NCBI GenBank assembly: GCA_029547225.1
Contig: JAKPPS010000039.1
Span: 1-55,377 of the forward strand
Origin: a bacterium
GTDB taxonomy: Bacteria > Patescibacteriota > Dojkabacteria > SC72 > WJKH01
DNA: 55,377 bases
Direction: 5' to 3'
The position numbers and the translations under genes were made by a program. The stretch's first letter is position 1, and each line of letters starts with the position of its first letter. This document shows positions 10,101-19,809 of the stretch, one piece after another. The notes beneath the pieces are model-generated. The model searched no databases. It had not been told where the DNA came from and worked only from the letters and a program-made list of their open reading frames with translations.

Positions 10101-11594
10101 ATGTCTAAGCAAACAAAAAATACGAAAAATTCAAATTCTATTCTTATAGCTACTTTTTTCCTCTTTTTTGCTACAGCGATTATGGGTAGATTATCGGCAT
10201 TTGTCGATTATTATTTTACTTATTGGAATATTGAGGTTAGCGATAGACTGATTAGTAAACTTATTTGGGCAACATTCTATTTACTATTTGTTGTAATTGT
10301 ATTGATAAATGATATTTTTCGTTATTGGCGAGAAATAAACGATGGTAAAGAGTATACAAATGTGAAAAATTCTTTGAGTATCAATACAAAACAAGAGAAT
10401 ATTCAAGGAAAAGTTACCCTTAATAGAAAAAAAGAATTCACTTTCAGAAATAAAATTAATATCCTGATATTAAAAATATGGGAAAGTAAAGTTGCTTTCT
10501 ACAAAGAAAACAAGATAATTGTTTGGGCAAGCCTTGCTATAGTTGTATCATCGCTGTTTAGCGCACTTTTCGCTTATAATAAATCTGAATCTATTTGGGG
10601 ATTACCATATTATGCATTGCTAGTTTCAATACCGTTGATGATCAAATATGTGTGGGGTAATAAACTACAGTTTAAGCTAGTAATTTTCCAAAATATTATA
10701 CTTATTGTACTTGCACTTGTAGCACTGTATCAAAGTCGAATTTACAATTATTTGGGTGCAGAAGTTCATCCAGTAATTAGTTTTTTTGATACTTATGGTG
10801 GATTTATGCCAATTAGCTTCTTTTTGATATGGGATGATTTGATTTATTTGAGGCCAAGCTCTTTAATGGTTGATCCAAATTTTCTAGCAATCTTCTCTGT
10901 TATAGCGTTATCTTATAATGCTGCATTTCTTCCTCGAGTCAGAGAGATTAAAAAACATTTTTGGCGTATTGTTACAACCGTAATTTTGTGTTCATCCATT
11001 TTTTCGGTTGCGTATATAGTAATTGCCTCAGCTTCGCGAACTGCTGTTTTGATGCTGGTAGTAGCGATTTCCACATATTTAACAATAAAAGTAGTAAGTT
11101 ATATCTCAAGTAGATTATCTCTAGTTAGAAAAAAGCCTGCTAAACTCTATTCAAGTGTGATTTGGGTTTATCTGTATAATATCTATCTTCGGATCAAAGA
11201 TGGATTACTTTTGAAGGACGTTTCTTCTTTACAAAGAATAGAATATGCCAAGATTTCTTTACAAGCTTTTAAAGAATATCCGGTTACTGGGATAGGCATA
11301 GGATCGTATGGAGATTACTATCGTAATGTTTTTGATAGCAGTGCGGGTGTTGCAACCCCTCATAATGCATACATGAGAACATTGGCAGAGATGGGTTTTC
11401 TAGGTGTCGCAGCCTTTCTTTTTTATTTTGTTGCATTTGTAAAAGTAATCTTAGATAACCGAAAATATATTTATTTAGCAACATTATTTGGGATTGTGGC
11501 AGGTTCTATCTTCTATGATTTTATTATGACTCCCTGGATGTGGATTTATTTTGGTATAATATACGCTGATGCTACTAATAAAAAAACCGAATAA
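10101..11594 (+). CDS. O-antigen ligase/Wzy_C-like polytopic membrane protein
   Basis: Many TM segments; RPSS..DPNF, SASRTA, YPVTGIGIGSY, PHNAYMRTLAEMG motifs. Confidence 0.8.
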   Translation: MSKQTKNTKNSNSILIATFFLFFATAIMGRLSAFVDYYFTYWNIEVSDRLISKLIWATFYLLFVVIVLINDIFRYWREINDGKEYTNVKNSLSINTKQENIQGKVTLNRKKEFTFRNKINILILKIWESKVAFYKENKIIVWASLAIVVSSLFSALFAYNKSESIWGLPYYALLVSIPLMIKYVWGNKLQFKLVIFQNIILIVLALVALYQSRIYNYLGAEVHPVISFFDTYGGFMPISFFLIWDDLIYLRPSSLMVDPNFLAIFSVIALSYNAAFLPRVREIKKHFWRIVTTVILCSSIFSVAYIVIASASRTAVLMLVVAISTYLTIKVVSYISSRLSLVRKKPAKLYSSVIWVYLYNIYLRIKDGLLLKDVSSLQRIEYAKISLQAFKEYPVTGIGIGSYGDYYRNVFDSSAGVATPHNAYMRTLAEMGFLGVAAFLFYFVAFVKVILDNRKYIYLATLFGIVAGSIFYDFIMTPWMWIYFGIIYADATNKKTE

Positions 11595-11607
11595 AAATTC
11601 AAAAATA

Positions 11608-12738
11608 ATGAATCTTGCACAAGTTGATGAGATTTTGTTGCAAATAAGGCTTCCTTTGAGCCTTGTTTTGACACCTATCAATCTTGAAGTTGAGCGAAAA
11701 AAGTTTTTCGATTCAGATAGTTATGAACCACATTTCAAATATCGAGTTGTCAAGAACAAGAATTTACAGATATTTGAAAGTCTGAGTGAACTTGAGGAGA
11801 TTGATGATGTCGATCCTAGGATTTCCGATATGTATCTGAAATTAATAAGGCAGAAATCGGAAACTAACGATTTGATGAATAATGTCGGCAATAACGAAAA
11901 GTTTACGCAGATAGCTATTAAGAAATTTGGTATGCCAAGTGCAAAATTATTTCGAAATGCTTGCCGAGTTTTAAAAGGAAGAACTTCAATTTACAATGTA
12001 AAAAGTGATACGCGAATGCAGGATACCTCAAGCTTGAATTATTCAGAAATATCATCGATTGTTGATGAATTCTTTAGGTATGCAGGCTTAGAAGGCTGGA
12101 AATCGGGTATCTCTGCAAATATCGCTAGCAATGGTGTAAAAGCTGGTGTCAAAACAAAAGTTTTGCTTATGGATAAAGATATTATGAAAAAGCCTTTTGA
12201 CTTAAGAAAAACTATTGTCCATGAGATCGGCACTCATGTTCTTCGTGCAGAGAACGGCTTGAAATCAGGTTATGGAGTTTTTTCAAGAGCTAATCTTAAT
12301 TCGTATTTAGATACTGAGGAAGGGCTTGCACTTTACAATGAGGAACTTTTTGGCGTATTAACCCTTGAGTCTTTGCGTAAACGAGCTTTATTTGTTTACC
12401 TTATAGGGGTAGGGCAGAATTGTACTTTTAGAGAGCTTTACAATATTTCTTTAGGATTCTTGAAGCCAAAAGATGCTTTTAATACGGTATTGAGAGTCAA
12501 GCGAGGGATTGGTGATGGTTCCCAAGCTGGTATCTATCCAAAGGATATTGTGTATTTCAGAGGATTTAGAAGAGTTAGGAAGGCTATAGATCGCTCTCCA
12601 ACTATTTATAAATCTCTCTATGCGGGGAAAATCAGTCTCAAACAAGTAGAGTGGGTAGAGGAAGGTTTGTTGCCAAAAGCTAAGATATTTCCGGATAAAG
12701 AAGAGTATTCAAGATTATTCAAGAAATTGGGGATTTAA
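11608..12738 (+). CDS. DUF1704 / MATCAP-like zinc metallocarboxypeptidase
   Basis: HEIGTH (HExxxH) followed by TEEGLA, RVKRG and KDIVYFRG, LYAGKIS. ATG at 11608 avoids overlap with the upstream gene. Confidence 0.82.
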   Translation: MNLAQVDEILLQIRLPLSLVLTPINLEVERKKFFDSDSYEPHFKYRVVKNKNLQIFESLSELEEIDDVDPRISDMYLKLIRQKSETNDLMNNVGNNEKFTQIAIKKFGMPSAKLFRNACRVLKGRTSIYNVKSDTRMQDTSSLNYSEISSIVDEFFRYAGLEGWKSGISANIASNGVKAGVKTKVLLMDKDIMKKPFDLRKTIVHEIGTHVLRAENGLKSGYGVFSRANLNSYLDTEEGLALYNEELFGVLTLESLRKRALFVYLIGVGQNCTFRELYNISLGFLKPKDAFNTVLRVKRGIGDGSQAGIYPKDIVYFRGFRRVRKAIDRSPTIYKSLYAGKISLKQVEWVEEGLLPKAKIFPDKEEYSRLFKKLGI

Positions 12739-12830
12739 TCATTCGAAAATCTGTTCGCAAAATTGGATCAGCAGAACCTAAAAATTTCGAAAATGCTTAT
12801 TCACATGCGTGCGGAATTAGTCTACAAGTG

Positions 12831-12880
12831 CAATCTAGTACAACCTAGTGCAATCTAGTGCAATCTAGTGCAACCTTGTG
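12831..12880. repeat. 10-bp tandem repeat (consensus CAATCTAGTG, 5 copies)
   Basis: caatctagta caacctagtg caatctagtg caatctagtg caaccttgtg, between convergent genes. Confidence 0.9.
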
Positions 12881-12948
12881 TAATCGATTCTTGCACAAAG
12901 AATCAATCTAATAATAATGGAACTCCAGAAAGTAAAAGATTGCTAGCT

Positions 12949-13947
12949 CTAAATGAATGATAAAATCATCTCTTTTGCAATATTGATTATTTCGTAACCA
13001 TCTTTAGGCTCAATCTTTTTTTCATAAGCTTTAAATCCAGGATTCATGTTTACTTCGAGGACATAAGGCTTATCATCTTTGTAGATAACATCGATAGCCA
13101 TAAAGTCACTTTTGAAAGCTGTACCACATTTCTTAGCTAATTCGATAAGTCTATCCTCTGGGTTTGTAAGAAGCGAATATTCACCTTTATCAACGGTAAT
13201 AAATGATCGAGTTGCTTTACGGATCCAACCTGATATCAATTTATCTCCATTTACGAACAATCTCAGATCTTCACCTATGTCAGTAAACTCTTGCAAAAAG
13301 AAATCCTTCAACTCTTTTTTGTTAAGGTTTTCTTGAGCAAAGTCCTCAACCTTATTTATCATGTAAATATTCTTTTTTACAGTTGCATCAGAAGGTTCTA
13401 AATTTGACTCAGAAGTATTTGTATCAGAAATATTCGTTTTTGGTCTTAAGTCATTCTCACCTGAGACGTGTTTTGCAAGTACAGTTTTATTGTTAAAAAT
13501 TGATTGATAATCATCATAATTTCCATCAGCTCTATAAAATGAGTGTAGATAGGGGATATCATTCTGAGAAAAAATCAAAGCTTGTGTCAATTTTGAATAA
13601 TTGTGCATTATTTTAATAAAATCAGAGTTCTGTATTTTAATCTGTTTCTCTGGATTTTTTTTGTTGAAATTTTCTATATGTTCAACTATTAGTCGTTTTA
13701 TTTCATATTCTTCTCGGCTAAAATGTCCACGCATGATAATGTGAGTATAACTTGTAATATCTTCATTACGCACAAAAATACTGTAATTCCCGTCCTTTTG
13801 GTCAATCGATATTTCGTGGTTGTAAACATAATCGGAGGTGTGACCGAGCTTTGTAATCTCCTCTTGGAGTCTCTCTATGGCATATGGTGTCTTGTTTGAG
13901 TCACCAATCCTGGGTTGCTTATCTATAATGAGGAATTTATAGTTCAT
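12949..13947 (-). CDS. Divergent RimK/LysX-like ATP-grasp amino-acid ligase
   Basis: YAIERLQEE..KLGH N-domain, FLQEF..GEDLRLFV, MAIDV...YVLEVNMNPGF. Confidence 0.78.
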   Translation of the reverse strand: MNYKFLIIDKQPRIGDSNKTPYAIERLQEEITKLGHTSDYVYNHEISIDQKDGNYSIFVRNEDITSYTHIIMRGHFSREEYEIKRLIVEHIENFNKKNPEKQIKIQNSDFIKIMHNYSKLTQALIFSQNDIPYLHSFYRADGNYDDYQSIFNNKTVLAKHVSGENDLRPKTNISDTNTSESNLEPSDATVKKNIYMINKVEDFAQENLNKKELKDFFLQEFTDIGEDLRLFVNGDKLISGWIRKATRSFITVDKGEYSLLTNPEDRLIELAKKCGTAFKSDFMAIDVIYKDDKPYVLEVNMNPGFKAYEKKIEPKDGYEIINIAKEMILSFI

Positions 13948-14235
13948 ATATTTGGTATTAAAATTATATGATTATTTGGGTAAATTGTACCATACTTCCA
14001 CAGTAAATTCATTCTAAAATGAATATCACGATTATTGACCAAAAGTAGGGTAATAAAGTGTAAAAAAATATGCCTCAAAGTTGAGAATAGAAATAAAGAA
14101 AATTTGTAGGATTTATGCATAAAATCGTAGCGCAAATTATAGGTCGTTGCATATATTTCGTTACTTTGATATTCTTTACTAAGTAGTTCCTCTGCTACTG
14201 CCCTCAGAGGAACGTTAATTTATTATTATAATAGT

Positions 14236-15006
14236 ATGCAAGCACAAAATGACATGAATCCTGTTGAGAGAATAAGACAGGAGACGCAGGTTAATACCTA
14301 CGCAAAAACTAATTCTAAGGGCAAGGGAGATGGCCATGGTGGATTAGTTATAGCTGGTTTCTCAGCAACACTATTAATTGGATTAATAGTAGTGTTACTA
14401 GTTGGGGCAGGTGTTGTAGGTTATCTTTTTTATCAAGAAAAACAAAAACCAGATAACTCAGTAGAACTAGCAGATTATGAAGTACAACAAATGAAAGAGA
14501 AGATTGGCAAACTAATACTCTTACCATCCGATCAAGAGCCAACTGTTGCTACCATCGTTGATATCGAAAAACTAAAAGAAACAAACCCAACTTTTTATAA
14601 GAACGCTTCAAACGGAGATAAAATCTTAGTATATTCTGATAAAGCAATATTATATGATCCAGATAATAACATCATCTTAGATGTAGCTCCGATTGTTACA
14701 GATCCTGCTTCTCAATCAGCATCCTTAAGTGTTGAATTGAGAGATGCTTCTGACGCAAAAGACCTTGATCAGATAAGTGCTGAAATTGCAAATTATGGTT
14801 CACAGTTTGTTGTAGCAACCAAGTCAGAGTCTGCGGATGCAAGCGACAATGGTGTTGAAATATTTATAGTAACTACCGATGAAACAAAAATGCAGATGGC
14901 AAGTGCTTTAGCAACATCAATGGGTGCTCAGATAGTTGAATCGATGCCACAAGGAGAACAAGCACCAGCAGATGGTGTTGATGTAGTCATTGTTTATGGT
15001 GATTAA
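14236..15006 (+). CDS. Single-pass membrane protein with LytR C-terminal-like domain
   Basis: One TM helix; EPTVATIVD...FYKNA.NGDKILVY motif common in CPR proteins; ends DVVIVYGD as in LytR_C. Confidence 0.6.
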   Translation: MQAQNDMNPVERIRQETQVNTYAKTNSKGKGDGHGGLVIAGFSATLLIGLIVVLLVGAGVVGYLFYQEKQKPDNSVELADYEVQQMKEKIGKLILLPSDQEPTVATIVDIEKLKETNPTFYKNASNGDKILVYSDKAILYDPDNNIILDVAPIVTDPASQSASLSVELRDASDAKDLDQISAEIANYGSQFVVATKSESADASDNGVEIFIVTTDETKMQMASALATSMGAQIVESMPQGEQAPADGVDVVIVYGD

Positions 15007-15030
15007 TCAATTATTTCTTTGAGATATTAT

Positions 15031-15057
15031 CTCCCTCTGAAAAGAGGGAGTTTTTTT
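15031..15057 (+). terminator. Intrinsic terminator
   Basis: CTCCCTCT-GAAA-AGAGGGAG followed by T7. Confidence 0.88.
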
Positions 15058-15102
15058 ATCATTTATTAGACGAAAAAGTATTATTTGCTTCTAATATTTT
15101 TG

Positions 15103-15154
15103 GTATGCCACCAACCTTTGTACAATACACGAGACTTTTATCCATGACTACCCA
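15103..15154 (-). repeat. Dispersed two-box repeat, copy 1
   Basis: Minus strand TGGGTAGTCATGG-N25-GGTTGGTGGCATAC; both boxes are identical at 31674-31724 (+). Confidence 0.8.
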
Positions 15155-15313
15155 AGCATTTTGCTAAGCGCGATCTTGTGTACACCATGATGAAATAAAA
15201 TAAATAGTTTGTTAAAGGTAGTTGAAAGTATTATTAAAGGTGTGCAAGAGTTAATTCTATGCAAAACACGAGGATTGTAATGGTGACGGTTACTTGCTCT
15301 GTAAAACGGTTGG

Positions 15314-17125
15314 TTACAATTTTATTATCTCTTTGATTAATCTTTGGTCTATAGCTTGAGCAATGCCGTTATATCTCGTGAGATCAAATGAAGTAATTAG
15401 CGTATCAATCCTATCAAATCCTGTGCCATGTAGAGCGACTTGTTCCGGATTATCAAAGCAATGGCAAATAATATCGAGATTCCTATTCCTTTTAAGTGCA
15501 AGTATTGCATTTCGATATTGTAAATTACCATTTATCAAGTGCCCGTTATTGTATATTGTTTCGTTGTGATAGGTTCCGATATTCAGTTTCTCATTATGTA
15601 TTAATTCAGTAAGTTTCGTATCTGTAAGATATTTCTCAAGTTCTTTGAGTGGGTCGGCGGAGATTATAACTATCTTTTTACATTTATTATTTTGTACGAT
15701 TAATCCATCTACAAATTCTTTGATCGCTTCTGGACGATTTTTTCCTTCGGATGGAAAAATATTTAAATACATTTCAGGCATCATGTTTACCTCAAGAATC
15801 GTCCCATTTTCGAGTGTTAATGGGGCAGAGATATCTTTACATAGTATATCTATCCCGACGCAATAAGCATGCATGGATTTAGCTATTGAAACACAAATAT
15901 CTTTGATCTGAGGATGTACAATATCGGTAACATCTTTTGTCATACCACCTTGACTCATACTTGCAGTTTTGCGAACATAAATCCTTTGACCTTTTGTTGG
16001 AATATCAACGTATGATAAGTCTTGCTCTTTGAGGAATATCTCAAGCATCTCATTTTTTTCGATCGGCTTGAGTGTATGAGTTGGATTAAGTTTATCTCTG
16101 TTTGGATCTCTATTAATTTCATCTATGAGTTGTTCAATATTACTTGTGCCATCGCCGATAACATAAGCAGGTATTCTTTTAGTTGCGGCAACATATTTTC
16201 CATTGATTATCAAAATTCGATAATCTTCTCCGCTAACTTGTTCTTGGATAATAATCTTTGTTTGCCAAACGGCTCTTATTTTCTTATGTATTGCTTCATA
16301 AGCCATTTGTATCGCTTTATAAGCCTGTTCTTTTGAAATAATATTTGTCGTTACTCCAGCACCACCGGTAAGTCCGTTTGGTTTTATTACAAAGGGTTTT
16401 TTATAATTGTCGAAAATACGATCAACCTCAAGTTTGCAATCATCAATCTCTTCTCCAAGTAAGTGCCAAGGAGCGTTTGGTAGTCCGAGATTATCAAAAA
16501 ATGTATTTGAAGGTATTTTATCTCTTTGTATTTTTTGTGCGATATGACTATCAAAAGATGAAGATGCGGCACAGTTGATAGAACTTTCACATGCGATTCC
16601 AAGCAAATAATACTTATTTATTGACGAAATCCCTTCGCCAGATCTTTGATTAACGAAAAACTGATTTATTTCGTAACCTTGGTCGATTGTTTCAGTAAGG
16701 ATTGGAATTGTACTCATCGATTCAATCTGTTTCTTAATAATGTCGGAATGGATTTTATTATTGGTTTCTTCAAAACTAAGTTTTGCATCTAGATACTCAT
16801 ATACAACATTAAAAATCTCTGACCAGAGATTGGGTAGGTGAGAGTAAACAATAAATTTGTGGATATCAATAGTTGCTTTTTCTTCGCCATTGTGGGTAAT
16901 TTTATCTTTCAATCCACTAATAGAGACATTTTCACCTTTTCGAAATGTGTGTAGCAGTTTATCGTATTTGCTGTAGTATTCAATCCTGTCGCCAAATAAT
17001 CGGTGGTAATTAATGATTATATTTAATAGCTCAATTATCTTTTCATCAACAATATAGCTCGATTTGAAAGAAATCGAAGTCAACATGCTATCTAAGTTTA
17101 TTCCTTGAATTATTTTTATCTCCAT
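15314..17125 (-). CDS. Cyanophycin synthetase-like ATP-grasp protein (N+G domains, degenerate short C-domain; CphA2-like architecture)
   Basis: VIKPNGLTGGAGVT, GEDYRILII...RIPAYVIGDGTSNIEQLI, TASMSQGG..DVTDIVHP, LEVNMMP; no GTNGKT Mur-ligase P-loop. Confidence 0.78.
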   Translation of the reverse strand: MEIKIIQGINLDSMLTSISFKSSYIVDEKIIELLNIIINYHRLFGDRIEYYSKYDKLLHTFRKGENVSISGLKDKITHNGEEKATIDIHKFIVYSHLPNLWSEIFNVVYEYLDAKLSFEETNNKIHSDIIKKQIESMSTIPILTETIDQGYEINQFFVNQRSGEGISSINKYYLLGIACESSINCAASSSFDSHIAQKIQRDKIPSNTFFDNLGLPNAPWHLLGEEIDDCKLEVDRIFDNYKKPFVIKPNGLTGGAGVTTNIISKEQAYKAIQMAYEAIHKKIRAVWQTKIIIQEQVSGEDYRILIINGKYVAATKRIPAYVIGDGTSNIEQLIDEINRDPNRDKLNPTHTLKPIEKNEMLEIFLKEQDLSYVDIPTKGQRIYVRKTASMSQGGMTKDVTDIVHPQIKDICVSIAKSMHAYCVGIDILCKDISAPLTLENGTILEVNMMPEMYLNIFPSEGKNRPEAIKEFVDGLIVQNNKCKKIVIISADPLKELEKYLTDTKLTELIHNEKLNIGTYHNETIYNNGHLINGNLQYRNAILALKRNRNLDIICHCFDNPEQVALHGTGFDRIDTLITSFDLTRYNGIAQAIDQRLIKEIIKL

Positions 17126-17171
17126 TTTGCTATATTGAGTTAACTTAATACAAATTATTTTTGTGTATTGC

Positions 17172-18416
17172 TTATATACCTCTGAGTTCTAAAGCATCTG
17201 CAACTTTCTTTACTGAGAGAGCATAAGTGCCCATGCGCATATCAGTGCCTAGACTCTTTGTCGATTGATGTGCTTCGTTAAATGCTTTTACCATCAATCC
17301 TTGAAGTTGTTTTTCAACCTCTTCTTTTGACCAGTAATAACCTTGACGATTTTGTACCCATTCAAAATAGGATACTGTTACGCCTCCTGAGTTCGCCAAT
17401 ACATCTGGAACCGATAAGATACCTTTATCTGCCAATATGTAATCAGCTTCTGGTGTTACAGGCCCATTAGCCATCTCAATTATATATTTTGCGTTGATGC
17501 TGTCGGCATTATCTTTTGTTATGACATTTTCTATTGCGGCTGGCACTAATACGCTCACAGGCAATTCTAACAATGACTTATTATCAACCTCTTTTTCTTT
17601 TGCAAATTCAGTAATTATCTTTTTATCCTCGTAAATGTGCTTTATCAATTTGTTGACATCAATACCTTTTCTATCATAGATACCTCCATTGATATCGCTA
17701 ATTGCCACAATCTTGAAACCTTTTTCATAAGCTAACCTTGCGAAGTGAGAGCCAACATTTCCAAAACCTTGTACAGCAATTTCAGTATCTTTAGGTGATA
17801 AACCTTGGAGCTTTGATAATTCGTTGAGGATAAAAACACCACCAAGCCCAGTTGCTTCAGTTCTACCTTGAGAGCCGCCTAATTCGATCGGCTTAGCAGT
17901 GATAGTCGCTGGTTGCCAAGAGCCTTTGATTTTGCTGTATTCGTCAATCATCCAGGCCATAATCTGTGAATTTGTATTCATGTCTGGAGCGGGTACATCA
18001 ATATCGGGTCCGATCAAGTCTGCAACAGCTCTTATATATCCTCGAGATAATCTTTCTATTTCACCAATTGATAATTTTGTTGGGTCGACTGTGATACCAC
18101 CTTTTGCACCACCGTAAGGGATACCAGTTACAGCGCATTTCCAAGTCATCCATACTGATAATGCTTTAACTTCATTTAGGTCAACTTGGGGTGCGTATCT
18201 GAGTCCTCCTTTGTATGGTCCTCTTGCGTTACAGTGTTGTGCTCGATATCCAGTAAATACTTTAGTAGTGCCATCGTCCATCACAACTGGGATGTTTACT
18301 TCTAAAACTCTATCATGTTTTGATAGTCTAGCTACTGTGCTTTCCTTTAATTTTATTATCTTTGCAACTTTCTCAAGCTGTTCGATAGCATTTTGGTATG
18401 CATTATTTTTTTCCAT
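17172..18416 (-). CDS. gdhA: Glutamate dehydrogenase (Glu/Leu/Phe/Val dehydrogenase family)
   Basis: GPYKGGLRY, MTWKCA, GGAKGG, DVPAPD, QGFGNVG, NSGGVTVSYFEWVQN. Confidence 0.93.
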   Translation of the reverse strand: MEKNNAYQNAIEQLEKVAKIIKLKESTVARLSKHDRVLEVNIPVVMDDGTTKVFTGYRAQHCNARGPYKGGLRYAPQVDLNEVKALSVWMTWKCAVTGIPYGGAKGGITVDPTKLSIGEIERLSRGYIRAVADLIGPDIDVPAPDMNTNSQIMAWMIDEYSKIKGSWQPATITAKPIELGGSQGRTEATGLGGVFILNELSKLQGLSPKDTEIAVQGFGNVGSHFARLAYEKGFKIVAISDINGGIYDRKGIDVNKLIKHIYEDKKIITEFAKEKEVDNKSLLELPVSVLVPAAIENVITKDNADSINAKYIIEMANGPVTPEADYILADKGILSVPDVLANSGGVTVSYFEWVQNRQGYYWSKEEVEKQLQGLMVKAFNEAHQSTKSLGTDMRMGTYALSVKKVADALELRGI

Positions 18417-18524
18417 AATATTTAGATAAAAATTTAGATACTATTTATACATTGTAAATACTGCAAAATATTACACCTTGTTATTTATTGTTACAATATT
18501 GAAATAGAAATTAATCGAAAAAGC

Positions 18525-19706
18525 TTATATATCGTGATCTCTTATGTATTCCATGATTGGTATTGCAACTTTTATAATATTACCAGCATCTGGCTTGTAG
18601 TGAAGTCTTAATCCAGGATTGTAATTTATTTCGTTAATGGCACATTCTGTTGGTTTGGTTATATCTGGAGTAATCAGATCAACGCCACCATATTTCAAAC
18701 CGATTGCTTTTACTGCTTTGATAGCAAGATCGATGTAGTACGGGTGTGTGATATCTGCACATTCTTCTGTTGTACCACCGGTAGTGAGATTTGCATTGTA
18801 TCTCAAAAATATTTTTTTGTCTTTATCGATTACGGATTGCAGATTGTATCTGAGAGTTAGTAATTTACTTATTGTTTCAACATCTATGGGTATTGGTAAT
18901 AATAATCTCTCACTTCTTAAAATATTCTTTGCATCTATAAGTTGTTGTATTGTGCTTGTGCCATCTCCAATAACATATGCTGGGACTCGGTGTACTATTG
19001 CAATAACTCGATTATCAAGTACCAATAATCGATAATTCTCACCTTGGATAAACTGCTCAACCAAAACTTCTGTTGGTACTTTTGCGTGATTATTATCAAC
19101 AGCAAACTGATAAGCCTCCTGAACATCTTGCAAAGCAGGTTTCGAGGATAGAATTTCGGGTGAGATTGTAATGTTTTCTGAAGTGATACTCCCCCCTAGT
19201 ATCTTACCGTTACCTTTGATACTCCCGGGGAGTATACTTTGGGACTGTTCTTCAATCTGATTAGTAAGAGTCGAGGACACAGTAAGATCAGCAGGTTTTT
19301 CGAGCACTTTCCTTAAGCCGGGTAGGATAGAAACTCCGTGTCCGCCTAATGCTTGTAATGGCTTGATGACAATATTTTTAAGCATTAGATATTTTTCGAT
19401 TGCCTCTTGCGGATTTGAAACTACGAACTGTTTTGGTACTGGGATATCGAATTTTGATAAAACTTTGTTTGTAAGGCTTTTTCTCTTTGCAATAGTACTA
19501 CTCGGTGTGTTGACTAAGGGGGTTACAGTATTTGCAATGTACCAATGTTTATTATTATATATAAATTTTGCGAGTAATCCTTTCTCAATAATTTCATATT
19601 CGATATTTAATTGATCGGCTGCTTCTACAAAATATGATAGGTGGATATTTCCAGCAATCTTAAGGTAGTTATTTTGTAAAGTGCTTTTTTGTCGTTTTTT
19701 ATCCAT
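18525..19706 (-). CDS. Stand-alone CphA/GshAB-type ATP-grasp ligase
   Basis: VIKPLQALGGHGV, EQFIQGENYRLLV...RVPAYVIGDG, NANLTTGG, GVDLITPDI, INEINYNPGLRLH; ~60-aa insert after the Gly loop. Confidence 0.8.
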   Translation of the reverse strand: MDKKRQKSTLQNNYLKIAGNIHLSYFVEAADQLNIEYEIIEKGLLAKFIYNNKHWYIANTVTPLVNTPSSTIAKRKSLTNKVLSKFDIPVPKQFVVSNPQEAIEKYLMLKNIVIKPLQALGGHGVSILPGLRKVLEKPADLTVSSTLTNQIEEQSQSILPGSIKGNGKILGGSITSENITISPEILSSKPALQDVQEAYQFAVDNNHAKVPTEVLVEQFIQGENYRLLVLDNRVIAIVHRVPAYVIGDGTSTIQQLIDAKNILRSERLLLPIPIDVETISKLLTLRYNLQSVIDKDKKIFLRYNANLTTGGTTEECADITHPYYIDLAIKAVKAIGLKYGGVDLITPDITKPTECAINEINYNPGLRLHYKPDAGNIIKVAIPIMEYIRDHDI

Positions 19707-19809
19707 ATTTGATATTGTATCTCAATTAGTTCGCTTGAGCAATTGCGAAATATAATTATAAATAATTTTAAGTAAAATCACTTGATTTTTATTTAATTTT
19801 GAGCGATTA

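Noticed and set aside
13944-14135. 63-aa minus-strand ORF upstream of the RimK-like gene
   Set aside because: Non-ATG start in AT-rich promoter-like DNA with no motif; a TATAAT lies close to the RimK-like start, so it is probably spurious.
19145-19332. AGGATAGAA direct repeat as a target-site duplication of the ligase insert
   Set aside because: The spacing of 179 nt is not a multiple of three, so precise excision would break the frame; likely chance.
15314-19706. Canonical cyanophycin synthetase cphA1 or glutathione synthetase gshAB gene symbols
   Set aside because: No Mur-ligase P-loop domain, no cphB, and no gamma-glutamylcysteine ligase domain.
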